In this document: positions 25,801 to 39,335 of the stretch, piece by piece
How the letters are laid out: each line of letters opens with the position of its first letter
How positions within the stretch are numbered: the first letter of the stretch is position 1
Notes under the pieces: model-generated
What the model was told of the DNA's origin: nothing
Seen by the model: only the letters and a program-made list of their open reading frames with translations
The model's database searches: none
Made by a program: the position numbers and the translations under genes
Assembly (NCBI GenBank): GCA_001949185.1
Contig: BDGG01000005.1
Coordinates: 62,001-126,000 of the forward strand
Source: Ramazzottius varieornatus
Taxonomy: Eukaryota > Animalia > Tardigrada
DNA length: 64,000 nucleotides
Direction of reading: 5' to 3'

Positions 25801-28800
25801 GGTTCCCGAGACAATTATCTTTCTTACTCACGTAGGGATGTCCATTCTTTTAGGCATGTCTAGTGATGAGAGGTCGGACAAAATTGGAAGGCTTGGTGGT
25901 GTTATTATATGACTATCAAAAGATTACACATTGGGACTCGAACTGAATAGAGTCTTGCAAACTGTTCACTTGTTGATGGCAGTCTTTGCAAGTTGCGTGC
26001 GTGTTCAGGCGCTCCTGTAGGTGCTTATCGATTAAATAACATAAACATTGGAAAGCTGTCTGAGGAATGTTTTGAAAGATTACTTTTCAGCACGAGACCT
26101 CCTTTACTCTATCCTAAACTGGTGGCGCCACCCAGAGAACCGATGTCTACCTGCATTCGTGTATACCATGTCATCTGTCGGCTTGATGCAGGCAGGTAGA
26201 TGTCTGCCGGTTTTTCGCTTCGAGGACGGCGTTTCCTGGTCAGATTGGGAACGAGTCCAGGAGCGTGGAAAAGAAGATAGCTGATGGTGTTATCTCTTTC
26301 GTTGCAACAGTCATATTCAGGATTAGGAAATGACCAGGTGAACAGCGGCCATTGTTCTGTCGATACAAGATAACGCCCGACATACTGTCCTCTCATTGCT
26401 GGTGTCTAAAGGATAACATGACGGTAATCGTTGATAATCCCCATAAGTCCCTTTTGTTCACACTAATAAAAGAAGCAATCTATGGTAACACCCCATTGAC
26501 CATCTCCTCTCTTCCACGTGAAGTGAGCTCACTTGGAAGCTTACTGACCGTTAAATCTTCCCAGATTTGACAGATTTAAACTCACTCCGCTTCTCTATCA
26601 ACTTTAGTCTCAACAGTTGTATGCGGCTACCAAATTCTTGGAGGTAAAGTGATCACATATTTTTGATCGCAGCTATAATTTTGATTGCATTTTCCTGCGG
26701 TTCGAACAGAGAGAATTGATGGGGAAGTCTCTATGTGTAGAAAAATATTCACAAATTTTTACACAAACTGGATTTTAATAATCGATCTGATAATATTTAT
26801 TTGACCTCCGTTACCACAATGACATGGCTGGAAGCTAGAGAAAGCTTTATTTTAATCGATAGGAAAGGCGTTTACCGGTCTTACGGTGTGAGACCAACAA
26901 GTAAGGTTTCAAAGGAAGCAAGTTGGCTGCAGCTTTAATCTTGAAGGAGTTATTTCCTTTTGGTGTGAAGGCTCTTGAGGCACTGGCGTTTTTCACTTGA
27001 GGCTCTCTTGGAAAATCAAGTAGTGCTTGCCACAACAAAAGTCTTCAATTTAACGCGAAATTTATGGATTATCCCATAGAATACACTCCTGAGAGAAGCA
27101 CGAAGCCACTTGAGTATCTTGCAGGGATGGTAACAACATCCCAAGGTTTGAAATACAATAGTCACCATCTAATCAAAATTCCCCTCCACAAACAATAGCA
27201 AACTATTTTTGACCGTCATTTTCAAGGTGAAATCCCATTAAGCCACAGTGAAGTATCTTACATAAGCGAAACATATGGATCGACATCTGGGAGGCTGGAA
27301 ACCAGCCTCCGGAAGATCGTCATTTCTAGTGGTGAAGTTTCCCTTGCTATTGGCTGGAGTGATGCGCCACTTGGGATGACGATCATTGTTGCCGGCCTTC
27401 CATCTGGACTGCGAAACCCTTGAGAAGCTCTTCAGTCTTTTATGATGTTACGTGGCATCTCAAAAGAGATTTTACATGGAACAACATTGTCGGAAAGCAG
27501 AAATGATTTGGATGGCCGGTTGCATAACCGTGTATCTTCTCATTGTGCTCACTGTCCGCGATGCACCTCATCTGGCGTGTGGCACAAAAAAGCACTGTTA
27601 ATTTGGACTCTATTCTTGACAATCACGTATACAGATAAGTTTTTCCTGAAGTTCCTCAAGAGGTTCCGGAACCTTTGGAACCCGATGGCGCTTCCGGTTT
27701 GTACGGCTCTGGTCTTCGCTTTGTGTGAGTTGTTGTATAGAGGGTCGCCATGTTTGTTTGGCCAATTAGATGGGTCGAACAAGGCAGCTTGACATGAACT
27801 ATGATCTTGATCATAATATTGTTATTCATTGTTTTGCGCTTGAATAGTTGAATGGCATTGTTTTGTTGGCGGCGAAAGATGGACGTCCTGCCGTGATGAT
27901 AGGGCCGTCATCTCAGTCCGAAGTGATGGACCTCAGTCATCGATCGCCACATCGATAAGCGGACCTGAACTTTGTTCTTTGCTTACAGTGCAAGACAAAA
28001 TTAACCGTTAAAATGGGCGCAACATTCAAGCTGGAGCTTACTTACCCCTTAGCCAATGAGAATTAGGTTTTGCTGTATGCGCAAATTTCATTGGCTGTAG
28101 CCATCTGGCTTCATCCAACACCCATTTTTAACGGTTTATTTTGTCGTACACTGTACTTGGCCTTCGATCGTCTAATACCATTCCGGGACATCTGGCAATG
28201 ATAATCCTCAGATAGGACATTTCCACACAGACTATAATTTACTCATGACATGACTTGGTATTTTATTAACCTTTTTTGTCTACAAAAATTTTGTTTCGCT
28301 TGGTAATTGCTGGTTTGTACAGCGCTGGGCAGCAAAGTTCAGTGGCAAAGTGCTTGCAAAGTGCTTGTAATGGCGGATCTCTGCGTCAGCAGCTTTTCGA
28401 GCCTCCTCGGTCATTTTACTGTGTCACGTGAACAATATTATTGGTGGAGACTATTGGGTCGCCGTGGAATAAGTCCAGAAGAACCACGATGGGACAATAC
28501 GCAACATGCTTCCCCATGACCTTAAGGGAGCTGGGCAAATGAATTGAACCAGATTGCTATCTCAAGCGGCGCACGCTCTCAATTCAATACAATGTGAGCG
28601 TGCGCCACTTGGGAAAACGATCCGGTTCGATTCATCTGCCCACGTCGCATAACCATAAGATGGAACCCTTAAGCAAAAGGGGCCTTTCTGAAAAGACTGA
28701 TGGTCGGAAGGAGGAATAAAGAATCAGAGGCGTTTATTCCTTGGTCGATTGAGGTTTCGAAGCTACTCGTTATGCAAATCGGAACTACTGAAGGCCGGTC

Positions 28801-31800
28801 CGCACCGTGTCGAACTTCCTGGTTGTCTTGCCGAAGGTCTGTGGTTCAGTTGTCAGCGGAAGATAAATTTACGGTATCTTATTCCGACCCTACAAAGAAT
28901 GTCATGGTGAAGTCGGTTGGCTTTCGGCGATAGTGCTTGTACGCTGTCAGTAATTAGCTGGTCATTGCGGATATTTCGCTTTGACAAGAGCCGAGAAATT
29001 GTTATTAAGAGATGCTGCCGACAATTAATCACTGCAGCAAGAATGACCACAGTTCACTTTAATCAGTATGCACCCTGTGTTGTCTGAATGTTCTTTTGCG
29101 AGAAATAATGTCTCGTGAAAGAGTTCTCTGTCGGAGCTGTCGAACCTTGACACTTTCGTTCGCAGCGAAACGAGCTGTGAGACAGTAAAACAGATTCCGA
29201 TTTGGTCTTTTTGCACGTCTTGCAGCTTGTAAGATTTCTCCTTGTGGGTCGACACGTGCCGGTGGTAATGCTACCTGTGCTTGAAAGGATGGCTAATGAT
29301 GTCAAGGGTTTGCGGATGAACACATGAAAAAAGATGACACGAGACGATGGGTGTGTAAGATGGATAAGTGCCCGGTGCAAAGACTTCGCAATAATATATG
29401 TAGGGCTGATGGAGGGATGGAGAAGAGGGCTTTGCAATGCACCGTTGAGTGCCTAATAAATTATTACAAATGGCGGTATTATGGCGCAAAGGTAAATAAA
29501 CGTTGCCAATCTTGTGTCAATAAATTTGCCAATGTGGAAGCGCGGGAGGGAATGTTAGCTTAGGAACGTGGTGCGTAAATTTCGAGCTTGTGAACTGTAT
29601 CTAAACTTGTTTATGATGGAGCAAGAATTGATCTTGATTCTCGCTCGATCAATATTGAAAGATGGCGCAACGTACAAATATTCGGCTTGCACGTTAATGT
29701 TTGTGCGCTACTTCATCGGGGTGCCTTTGAGTTCTCCGTTATTAGGGGTTGCCTCTATGGTTAAATTACTTTCACGCTGGAATAATTTCATTGATGGGCC
29801 TAGTATTGAGCATGGTCATACTTTGCAGGAAAATGCAGATTAGAAATCAATTTAAAGTCAATTTGAAGCGACGTCGTGAAAGTTATCCGATTACAGAAAT
29901 AGATTGGTGCGTATGCGCAGCTGTGGACGTCCTGTTGTGAAAACGTTATGGCGCCGTTCGTGGACCTCCAAGGACCTTCTGGAGGAGCGAGGTTCCCGCT
30001 GGCTTTCCCTGTTTTCTTTCAGCGAAAGAGCTTTTTCTTGCCCTCCTTGGCCTGAGGTGGTAAAGTCCTTGAAGCGTATTGAATTTCCCGACGTGAAATT
30101 GTTTCACGACTGGGAGAAAGTGCGGGCGTCACTTGATCGAGGTCACTGCGTCAGTTGAACGGGGCTTACTGTTCCCTAATTACTCTGTCATGAGAGGGAT
30201 TTTGTCCAGATTTTCGTGATTGCGTGATTCTTGTTTCGAAGAAACATAATCGGGTGACTACTCTTGTCCGTGTTTGGAAGGATATAAGGAACAAATGGAC
30301 AGATGAAGCGATAATCAGATGGGGAGGGATTTTCATGGTGCTCAACTTCGGACGCGGGACGGTGATGAGATGGTCAGCTGCTACTTGGACGCGTGGACAT
30401 TCGCTCAACTCTTGTGCTTGTCAGTCTTTGTCCTGACTTGTCCCGACTTGACGGAAGCCATTGCAAATCCCAGAAAGTAAGCGAAGAGTGAACTGAGTGG
30501 TCAGACTAAGCGGCGAAAATTGAGTTGAAAATTCCTTGGACCACTCTTCAGACTTGACAGTGCTGATAGAGATTAATGAGGAAGTGGAAATGGCTTCCGT
30601 GTCGCGACAGGCCCTCGTTTGCAGACAAAGAAAAGCGCCGGGACTTTTGAGACTAGTTTTTATTTACGGCTTCCTTTGGCAGTTCGAGTTCCTCCAAGAC
30701 TTCTTCCCTGTCGTGGATCTCGTGAATACGCTAATAGAGGGCTCGTAGAGTACGCGAAGTCGGCTCTTGAAGTCTGACGTATGAAGTACTTCCGTGTGGG
30801 TGACAATGAGGGACAATCAATCACCATGATACGATGACTGATCAAGCTTCTGCTGAACATGTTCGTGGAAGGTTTCTTGATAGGTTTTGGCCTTGAGGGC
30901 AACACTTTGCTATTACAGATGGGGGTTGCTTTTGATGAGGCAAGCTGTCATAGAGACTTTTAACTGGATGTTGTTCAGTCTCTCTTGCACATCAGATGAC
31001 CAACTGACCGTGTCCGGGCTTCGTCATTTCCCCTCCAAATCCCAGAGGGTTTGTCATTTCAAACTATTATAGCGATAACAAGAAAAATGATCATCGCCTT
31101 GATGTGCTATAAACGCCACTCAATTTGAGGGAACGCTTTTGAATACAGGCCCCACATTCTTTAGTAAAGTCTTTACATGAAAAGATGATTCAAGTCACGC
31201 AACAAGTATGAATTATTCTCGCCTTAAACATCTTAATTACTGAAGAACTTGACATCAATAGGATGAAACATCCAGAGGGAGGAGAGCATGTTTTGCTCAC
31301 TCACAAAGGATGGGCAGTTCGTCACTTTTCATTGCATGCACGATTTTTTTCCGGGTCTGGTTTTTGTCCATTCGGGTCTAGATTGTTCTTCGGGATAATT
31401 TCTGTCATCATCGTAATATTTGGCAAATCTGGCAAATCCATCTCGTCCACTCTCACAGACCTTCTTGATGAGACTCAAGTTTCCATATCCTGTCAAAGTA
31501 GATAAGATCAGCTTGATCAGAGACTTTGAACGGGTCCAGAAGAGTAGTGCGAATTGAGCGGACACTGGTCGCTATCGCTGTTGGCGTTTCCTCCTTCCAG
31601 CGCGCCGAGCACTTAGCTCTTTTACATCAGGGGCAGGAAATTAATGCTAATTTCATTACAGACTGTAATCGGGACATGTTCAGCGGAAATGGTAGCTGAG
31701 GAGGGAAGAGCGGTCAGGCGTGCTAAATACCGTCACAAGCGAACGTATTTTCCTCTGCATCCATTAGAAACACTTGTCACATCTCCTCTACACATATTTT

Positions 31801-34800
31801 AGGCAATTAGGGCGATTACAAGATGGGCGTTATGATCCTGAGAGCGAACCTGGAAATTATGTTCAGGAATGATTTTCGCGAAACGGAAAAATAAAAACAC
31901 TGCCGGGTTTCTCGTGATGAGCAGAGCTTCTTGGAAATATGAGCCATTCGTCTTCTTCTTGGGCGTGTATCGATTTCTCGTGTGACCCAGAAATTTTAGA
32001 AGGATCAGGAAGGAATAAAAGCAAGAAAGAGCTGCTTATTATTTTATTGCGTGTAATGCAAGGCATACGAGAGGCATAGCCTTCTCAAAGGCGACCCATA
32101 ACAATGGTTGATTCATTTTTAAGTCGAAATGGAGACGTGGGGAGGCTTAGGAAATGATATCAGAAGACGAGAGCCTGAACTAGTTTGAGGGGTTATTGCG
32201 AAAATGATCCGTGTGATGGAACTTTGGGTCCATTGTGCGGTGGGTGTAGGAGATGCGGATGGTCCAGTATGGCTTACGCTAAAGCCTTGTTCGTGTCTCT
32301 ACAGATTTCCTTCACAAACATTTCACATTTGATCCATTTTATGCATCATTGACCAGCAAAGTCTAATTGTGCCTCTATGTTGGCTACTTTACAGCGGATT
32401 TTTCAAATCTCGGTCAGGCATTGATCTCATCCGATTGCCGTGGCGGCACCGCCGATAGCCGGCTGCTTGAAGCCTTGCTCGTGCCGTTAAAAATTGACCG
32501 TACGTCGTTGGATGAGGGTCAAATGGTCAACGCAAGCCATTTCCGCCACCCAAAAATCCATACATAAAAAACCCACCGAAGGACTCCTTTATTTCGTGTC
32601 GTACGTGGCGCTACCGGTCAAACTGGAAACGTGAAAATATAGCTGAAAAATCCAATTATGTGGCTGAATAGAAGAGTCTCTAATATTTGTTTCCAGTGGG
32701 TGCGTTTGATAAACTTGTAGTAATAATATCTTTGGAGAGAAGTGAATACACCGCCATGTTCTGGATGAATGAAGTTTAGTGTGATGCGACCGGACATGGC
32801 AAATCTATCCATTGCTTTGACTTTGCTCCGCAGGAATCGCCATTGAAAGGATGGAAGACATAATTATGTTCTAGTAATGTTTGCCTTGCGATATGGTCTT
32901 GGCTGTAGGATAAGGATACAGATCAATGATTTGGCCGCATTCTAGTGTCGACAAATTTAACTTTATCACACGACCCTTTCCTTCTATCCGATGACCATCT
33001 CCCGTGAAATTTGCTTGTTTGCAATCACGAGAAACACGCTCGGAATTGCTACTTTCATTGCTCTTCCACACCGTCGCTAAAAATATGATGGCTCAAGCGG
33101 CTGTCAAAAATTATCGGTTGGAAGGGCCCGAGAGTGTCATGAAATCGTTGCGTCAATATTTGCGTAACACAACATAGACATCAAAGAGCACTTGATAATA
33201 GCGAAGGTCAACCAGCAAACGCCGTTGGGTTCTCGCTCAAATATCCAGCCATCTTAATTTACTTGCATTTTTGGAAACGCTGGCAATATTACAAATGTAT
33301 AATTCCTGCTAGTGGGAAATGGAGACGTATCGTAGCTTCCGGTTCTCGCTATATTGTGAGGTGCGCTGACGAAATAGGCATGACATGACATACACACATG
33401 AGTCATGGGCGGCTGATCACGTAAACTATAACAAGTTTTCAAGCAATCAGTGGTACGGTTCCCATTCAGCAGCCATCCGCCGTCTGTTCATTGCGGTGAA
33501 ACCTGGGAAATTCTCTTGCTTTCATTGCGGCATGCTTTAGTTCAGAACTTCGGAGTTTAGCAGAGTCTGGGCATGAATGCCGCATGAACATTCGATCTCG
33601 AGCGAGAACGAGGACCGTAGGAACCATGATCCTCCTCCGTTTCCTAATGTTACCGTATCTTGCAGGTGCAATGGGACAGCTGATACTTTCTCGGATGGGC
33701 AACATAACCGTCCACGCTGGCCAGACCGCAACGTTCTCTTGTGATTTGCTCAACGCTGGTGCATCTGGATGGAATCACATAGAGGAAAATGTGTATCTGA
33801 GAGGCGTCGCAAAGGCAACCACGGATTTCTCCAAGTTTGACCCTCACTACTCCTTCGAGGATCCTGGACCGACCGGCACGCAGCGCATGTCCATCCACAA
33901 TGTCTCGGCCGTGGACAGCGGTTCCATTACGTGTTTCGCAGCACCTGCTGCGCAAGCAGAATGGATTAAGACAATTGCATTCCTGACCGTCTTAGTTCCC
34001 CCGAAGAACGTCACTGTCCTGAAGTCAGCTTTAAACAGCGAACGACCGGAAATCAGAATGGACGAAACTGTCAACTTGACGTGTCTCGCTTTCGAAGGAC
34101 AACCAAAGCCGAAGCTCATATGGTATCGCGGCTCTAAACAAGTTTCGGGTAAGTGAATGAATAGCCTTGTCGTTATAAACTTCACAAGACCTCTTAAGAA
34201 TGCCCTTTTTCTCCTTGCAGAAGATTTGTTCCACACGTTACGAGAAGGCTTCGAACCGAAGGGAAATATAACATTCAGTTCTCTTCTCTTCAAAGCAGCT
34301 CCGGCGGACAACCAAGCTGACTTCACATGTCAGGCCGAAAGTCCTGCATTGCCGAATCCAGAATCGCGTACCGTCACTTTGGACATTCAGTGTAAGACCG
34401 CTGTTAGGAGCTCGGCAATATCGTCCTTTCAAGTGGCGCACCTTCTAACTTATACCGACTGGAGGCGTGCGCTACTTGGAAAAAAGGATCTGGCCGAGTT
34501 TGTTTGCCGAACTCCGTTACTGTAGTTTCAGTTGTCTTCCGTCAACCCTAATTTCGATTCTGATTTTTGATGCGAAATCTGCCGTTGTTTTGCAGATCCT
34601 CCGGTGACCCCGGTGATTCAGAACTGTGGAGAGCGGAAGGCCGTCCGTGAAAACGACCATGTGTTTTCGCTGACTTGTGTAACGGACGGTGGTAATCCGA
34701 CACCTCGTCTGACATGGTTTCGTAATGGTCATCAGGAGGAGAGTAGCACCGACAGCTCTCAACTAGGTAGCCCACGCGGTCGTGCTACCTCCGTTCTCAC

Positions 34801-36497
34801 CTTTGTGCCACGAAGGGCCGACAATGGAGTGGTGCTGAAGTGCGAAGCCGTCAACGACTTGATGCCGCGAGGCGTCGCTGTCCAAACCATCTTGGACGTC
34901 CACTGTAAGTTACCCTTCCTACCTTGAACCATCGAGTCAGTTATAATTGTTCAATTGTCTTGCAGTTGGCCCGGAGAAAGTGACGCTTGAAGCCCCATCC
35001 AAAGTTAATCCCGGAGATACGGTTGATCTCAAGTGCAGCTCGACCGGCAGCAACCCGCCGGCGGACATCACTTGGACCATCAACAACAAACCCTACACCG
35101 AACGAAGCAAGCATACCCAACCCTCTTCCGACGGTGAGTCCTCCGACCGAAATAGCTTTCGGGGTGGAGTACAATGTTAGTATAACATTTCAGTTATAAC
35201 CGAATTGCTTTCTCAAGTGGCGCACGTTCTCAGTGTTTTCGACTGGTAGCATGCGCGACTTTCGAGAAACTGTTGTATTGTTTTTGTCTACAGTAGTCCC
35301 AATTCGCGAGAATCAGAGTTTTTTTGACCGGAAGTTCGAACTTCGTTCAAAATCCAAGTCCAACAATGAGGCTTTTGGTTGCAGGGTCTTTTGTGACGAC
35401 GTCGACAGTCAAGTTGGTTCTTCGCTCGGACGAACACTCCGACATCGTGGTGGTCTGTCGTGCGAGTAACAAAGCTATCGGCGAAGTGGCGAGCTCAACG
35501 GCCATTGTGACCGTAGCTGGCTCGACGGTACTTCCTCCCACTCAACATACACCTAACAGATTCTCCGTCTTCGATCAGGCCGGAAATGAGCTTCTGGAGT
35601 CAAACAGCACGGACTACGCTCCCTCAGATGCCAGCCTGATTGCCGGAACGAAGCCAGAAAGTTGGACCATGATTGTGGCCATTGCCTGCTCTGTCGGTGG
35701 CGTAGTCTTTTTCGCACTGATAGGTTGCCTGATTTACGTCCTCATCCGCGGCAAAGCCAAGAAGTTTGAAGGTATCAAGTAGTCTTTCACCAATGGAAAC
35801 TGATTTCTTAGGTTGTCGAATATCAATATATCCTTTCCAGAAATGGCCAACAGCGATAGTTCCGGCAGTTCAAAAGGCCACACGGAAGTCTGCAGTCAGA
35901 ATGGCCTGGAAGCTGTCGATTCTGGCATCTCCGAGATGGATCATCATAAAGTCTCCCACGACTATCTTCACCACCCCAAAGGTCCTGTTTCTCCTTCTGC
36001 AGTTCGGACCAACGCTGCTAGCACCTATCTTCTGGATGAAGCCTACCATAGTCCTTATGGAACCTACAAACACTGGACCGCTCCTGAACCCGGTAAGTAC
36101 TACAGCATCACTTTCATGTGCCTGCATACAGGGTATCTGTATATACGGCGCTTTGGCCCAAAGTATGCAGTCTCACAAACCACGGTTTGGGAATTAGGAA
36201 AGCCTTGAATGGAACTCTTACCATGTTTTCTTCCCAGTGCATCATGATATGTACAACGAGGTTGGAGTGGACTACGAAGGTGAAGGAGACTACACGGAAA
36301 CCCTAAGACGGACAGCCATGCAGTCGCTGATGCCGCACCTGCATAACCACAGTCCTTCACCCTTACGCCCCATACCCATGCACATATCCTACGAGCCCAT
36401 CCACAAGACATCGATGTTGTCCACTTTCCATGGACAGCATATCCCAACCTACAGAGCAGAAGCTTTAGTAGATGAGCTGAAGGGTCATTTGGTGTAA
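16809..36497 (+). CDS. Short nephrin/Sns/SYG-2-like Ig superfamily receptor (signal peptide, 4 Ig, TM, tail ending GHLV); probable exon 1 at 16809-16893, remaining exons 33666-36497
   Basis: Ig exons: ATFSCD..DSGSITC; VNLTCLAFEGQPKPKLIWY..DNQADFTCQA; LTCVTDGGNPTPRLTWF..DNGVVLKCEA; LKCSSTGSNPPADITW..VVCRASN. TM is MIVAIACSVGGVVFFALIGCLIYVLI and the C-terminus is ELKGHLV. The exon at 33666 starts in phase 1, matching the signal-peptide exon at 16809-16893. The exon-1 assignment is less certain than the rest. Confidence 0.7.
27289..27401. mobile_element. MITE-like family A copy (degenerate)
   Basis: GATCGTCAT..AGTGGTG..TATTGGCTGGAG..TGCGCCACTT..ATGACGATC..TTGCCGGCCTTCC. Confidence 0.55.
27986..28153. 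mobile_element. Tc1/mariner-type MITE (168 bp), TA target duplication
   Basis: Flanked by TA on both sides. TIRs are CAGTGCAAGACAAAATTAACCGTTAAAATGGG / CCCATTTTTAACGGTTTATTTTGTCGTACACTG, with an inner inverted repeat AGCCAATGA / TCATTGGCT. Confidence 0.85.
28526..28648. mobile_element. MITE-like family A copy
   Basis: TGGGCAAATGAATTGAACCAGAT..AAGCGGCGCAC..GTGCGCCACTT..ATCCGGTTCGATTCATCTGCCCACGTC. Confidence 0.75.
34407..34515. mobile_element. MITE-like family A copy (intronic)
   Basis: TTA|GGAGCTCGGCAA..AAGTGGCGCAC..GTGCGCTACTT..TTTGCCGAACTCC. Confidence 0.65.
35201..35275. mobile_element. MITE-like family A core (degenerate, intronic)
   Basis: TTTCTCAAGTGGCGCACG..CATGCGCGACTT; the outer TIRs are not recognisable. 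Confidence 0.5.
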
Positions 36498-37383
36498 CTG
36501 TGATTTCAGGCAGACAGTAAAGCAGCACTAGAGAAGCACTTCCGGGTGGTAGATGTAGGGAACTGAGCAAGGACAAAAACCTGTATTGGCGATCCCCGCA
36601 AGAGTCACAAAGTTAGATTTCATGAGCTGGACCTTAATTTTACCAAAGATGTGATGGGTAGTGCACGAGGGAATAGCTTCTCTCCGCTACCGTTGATTAA
36701 TACAACAAGTGTTCGGACAAGGATAAGTTTTTGGCTGTTGTTTTCTTCATTTTATCCATATGGAACATTTTACTCTTTTAGTACTGCTCTAGTGGTACTT
36801 TTGACCAATTAGTATCGGAGAGATTGAATTACGAAATAAGCTTACTTGCTCAATTTATCCTCATACTTGTAATAAATGTTTTTATGTTGTTGGACGGTTT
36901 TCTCTTATGTTCACGATCATTTTTTGTGGCCTTTTTGTACTTCATGGACAGTTGATAAAGGTTTTATCGCAATCGGTGTCAATTTATGATCCAAATTTCA
37001 GGGCTTGTGTTTACTTCGCCAGAACGGAAACGGCCACGGGTCAGTGGTATACACGCTGCGAAGTGAGATGTGACATGACATGACGATGCGGCAGCGTAGC
37101 GTTTTCCCAACCAGTTCAGATGGTTTGCGAACGGCACTAAAACATTCGGCTTCTGAGAGGCGGAGCGACACGTGCGGTTTTCCAGAAAAAACATTCGGAC
37201 CAGTTTATTTTCCGATTTTCTTGAATTTCTTCTTAACTCTTTAGTTCTCCTCGCCATTCCCGTTTCTCTCGATTGCTTTCACTTCGCTACCGCTTCCATA
37301 TTCACCTGCTTTCTGTAGGAGGAGGTCTTTGGTAGTTTCGGGCTTTGGGAAGACCCTCCTGCACCCGTGGAACCGGTGCAAGA

Positions 37384-38972
37384 ATGGTCGGAGTGTGCAG
37401 TGGAGTCGTATACTGGCACGAGCAAGCTGCCCTTCCGGGCCCAAGATTCCAGCAGAATCCTGGTATCCTACTTTCCGTCGTTCCCATCAAGCACGTGGAG
37501 TCGATTGGTGGGCGAAATCTCCAGGAAGGCAAGATCTGCAAGGCTCGTTCCCGAGACACCTACTATCCGTGTATCCTTCTGCAGATCCATCCAGGTAACA
37601 TTTAACTACAAGAAAATTAGCGGCAAATTCTATTTTTTCTTCATGCCTTGGCTACGACTTTCTGTGTCCAAAGGTTTCGAGCCTCATGAGCTATGGTCAA
37701 GAGTCATCCGCGAGCAGAACTTCTTGGAAGAAATGGGTGCCGAACTGGCACGGGAACTGAATGGAAGTCAAGATGTCCCGGTAATTGTGTGTTCAACTTC
37801 ATGTCGATTGATTGTTGATTTGTTCCTGTCCATCTTGATGCTCTTGTCCTACCAGGAAACACGCGTTGATCTCAGCTTGCCCTCTGATGTGGAGAGCAGC
37901 GGTAGTAACAATTCTTCGTTCACCACGCGTCGTCGGGAAATCATGCTGTTGAGCGCGATGCAGCCACCGAAGGTTGGTCGGGGAAGCATGACTGACACCA
38001 GCTTGGAGGAAATGGATACCGATAACTCTGATCGGGACGGACGAAAGACGGCTTCTCCAACTCGGCTATCGACAGGAAACAACCCAATCAAACGGCGTCG
38101 CACGAAGCGAAACCTCGACTATGACTTCTCGGGCCGTACTTCGCGCGTTTCGGCTGATCCGAAGATGCCCATGCCGAAAATCCGAATGAAACCAGGACCA
38201 AAGGTAGATCAGCTCTTGCTTTCTTCTTGTATTCTTTTCCAACAGTGGTGAGGTCTAGCTGATCCCTTCTAACTGTTTCAGCCGGGTCCTCGAGTTTCTA
38301 GAGTTGCTCTTCCCGTTGCCAAGAAAGCTCCTCCCAAGCGTTACATGTCTCTGCCTCCGGTAATGTCAGTCTCAGCTATCCCTGACGTTCTCATGACTCA
38401 CCGTGGTCCCGTAAAAACAGAAGCGCTCTTTGTAAGACTCGTTCGTCTCTTCTTTAGTGTCTTCTTCTTCAGCAACCAGTAATTCCTGCTGTGTTGATTT
38501 ACAGAAAACGATGATGGACGAAGATTCGTGGCACAAAGCTTTGAAGTAAGTCGTTGAAGTGATTCGTTTTGTTCGATCTAAGCGGCTGAGCAGCATGACG
38601 TTCCTGTACTTTCAGACTGATTATGCAGCTTGTCTTCTCGAAAGAAGACATCGCGCGTTCCGTTCCCACTCCTCAACGAGCGAAATGCCATCCCGGGTCG
38701 AAACTGTATGACCAGTCGTTAATGAGTGCCATCTTCGGTAAGATCTCTACTTTAAGTTTCAATGGCAATTAAATTCCTGCATAACCTTCTGGCTTTCCAT
38801 TTTCCACTGTCCTGTCTTTTGATTTTCAGCTCTAGTTACGCGCTATTCGGACGAGAAGGCTTTGGTGTTTCCGCCTGACCGCTCGAAGATCCTCGTTGGT
38901 ATTTGCAGCCTGAAGTCGGCTCTCAAGAAGCAAATAGCCGAGGCGAAAATGCTACAGAGTCTCAAGACATAA
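37384..38972 (+). CDS. BEN-domain-like protein, multi-exon
   Basis: Inferred exons give an N-terminal VVYW..LSVVP..EGKICKA..YYPCILLQI module and a disordered basic middle (KRRRTKR). The C-terminal LIMQLVFSKEDIARS..YDQSLMSAIFALV..KILVGICSLKSALKK resembles the BEN consensus. Stop TAA at 38970-38972. Confidence 0.5.
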
Positions 38973-39335
38973 ACGACCTTTTACTTCTTGTCATCCACTG
39001 TGTTTCTTTCAACTGTTTTTGACTTTTGTACTTTGTCTCGATGTTCTCCGTGCTGCCGCAAGCCGAGTCTCAAAGTTGTAGAGATTACCCATAGCACTCG
39101 TTCTGATGTCACATTCCTACTTCTCGATAATCGTTCCGTTTTAGTTCCTTGTTATCGTTTCTTGATGTTTACGACCAATTTCCAAAACTTTCCCGATCAC
39201 CTAGTTTTTCACGTGAACACCTAGCGATGCTCCTTAGCGAAAGCTTCCTACCTTACCAAAGCGGACTTGTAGCAGGATGTTTTCTCTCGTCAAATTACTA
39301 GTACTACTGATTTTCAAAAACTGTTCGAAGATCGT

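Noticed and set aside
29204-29258. C2H2 zinc-finger linker-like fragment HVSTHKEKSYK-CKTCKK on the minus strand
   Set aside because: It is only about 18 codons, needs a frameshift and has no flanking fingers.
17000-33500. Dozens of 60-137 aa ORFs on both strands
   Set aside because: They show no recognisable domains or consistent splice chains and are as expected by chance in a long intron.
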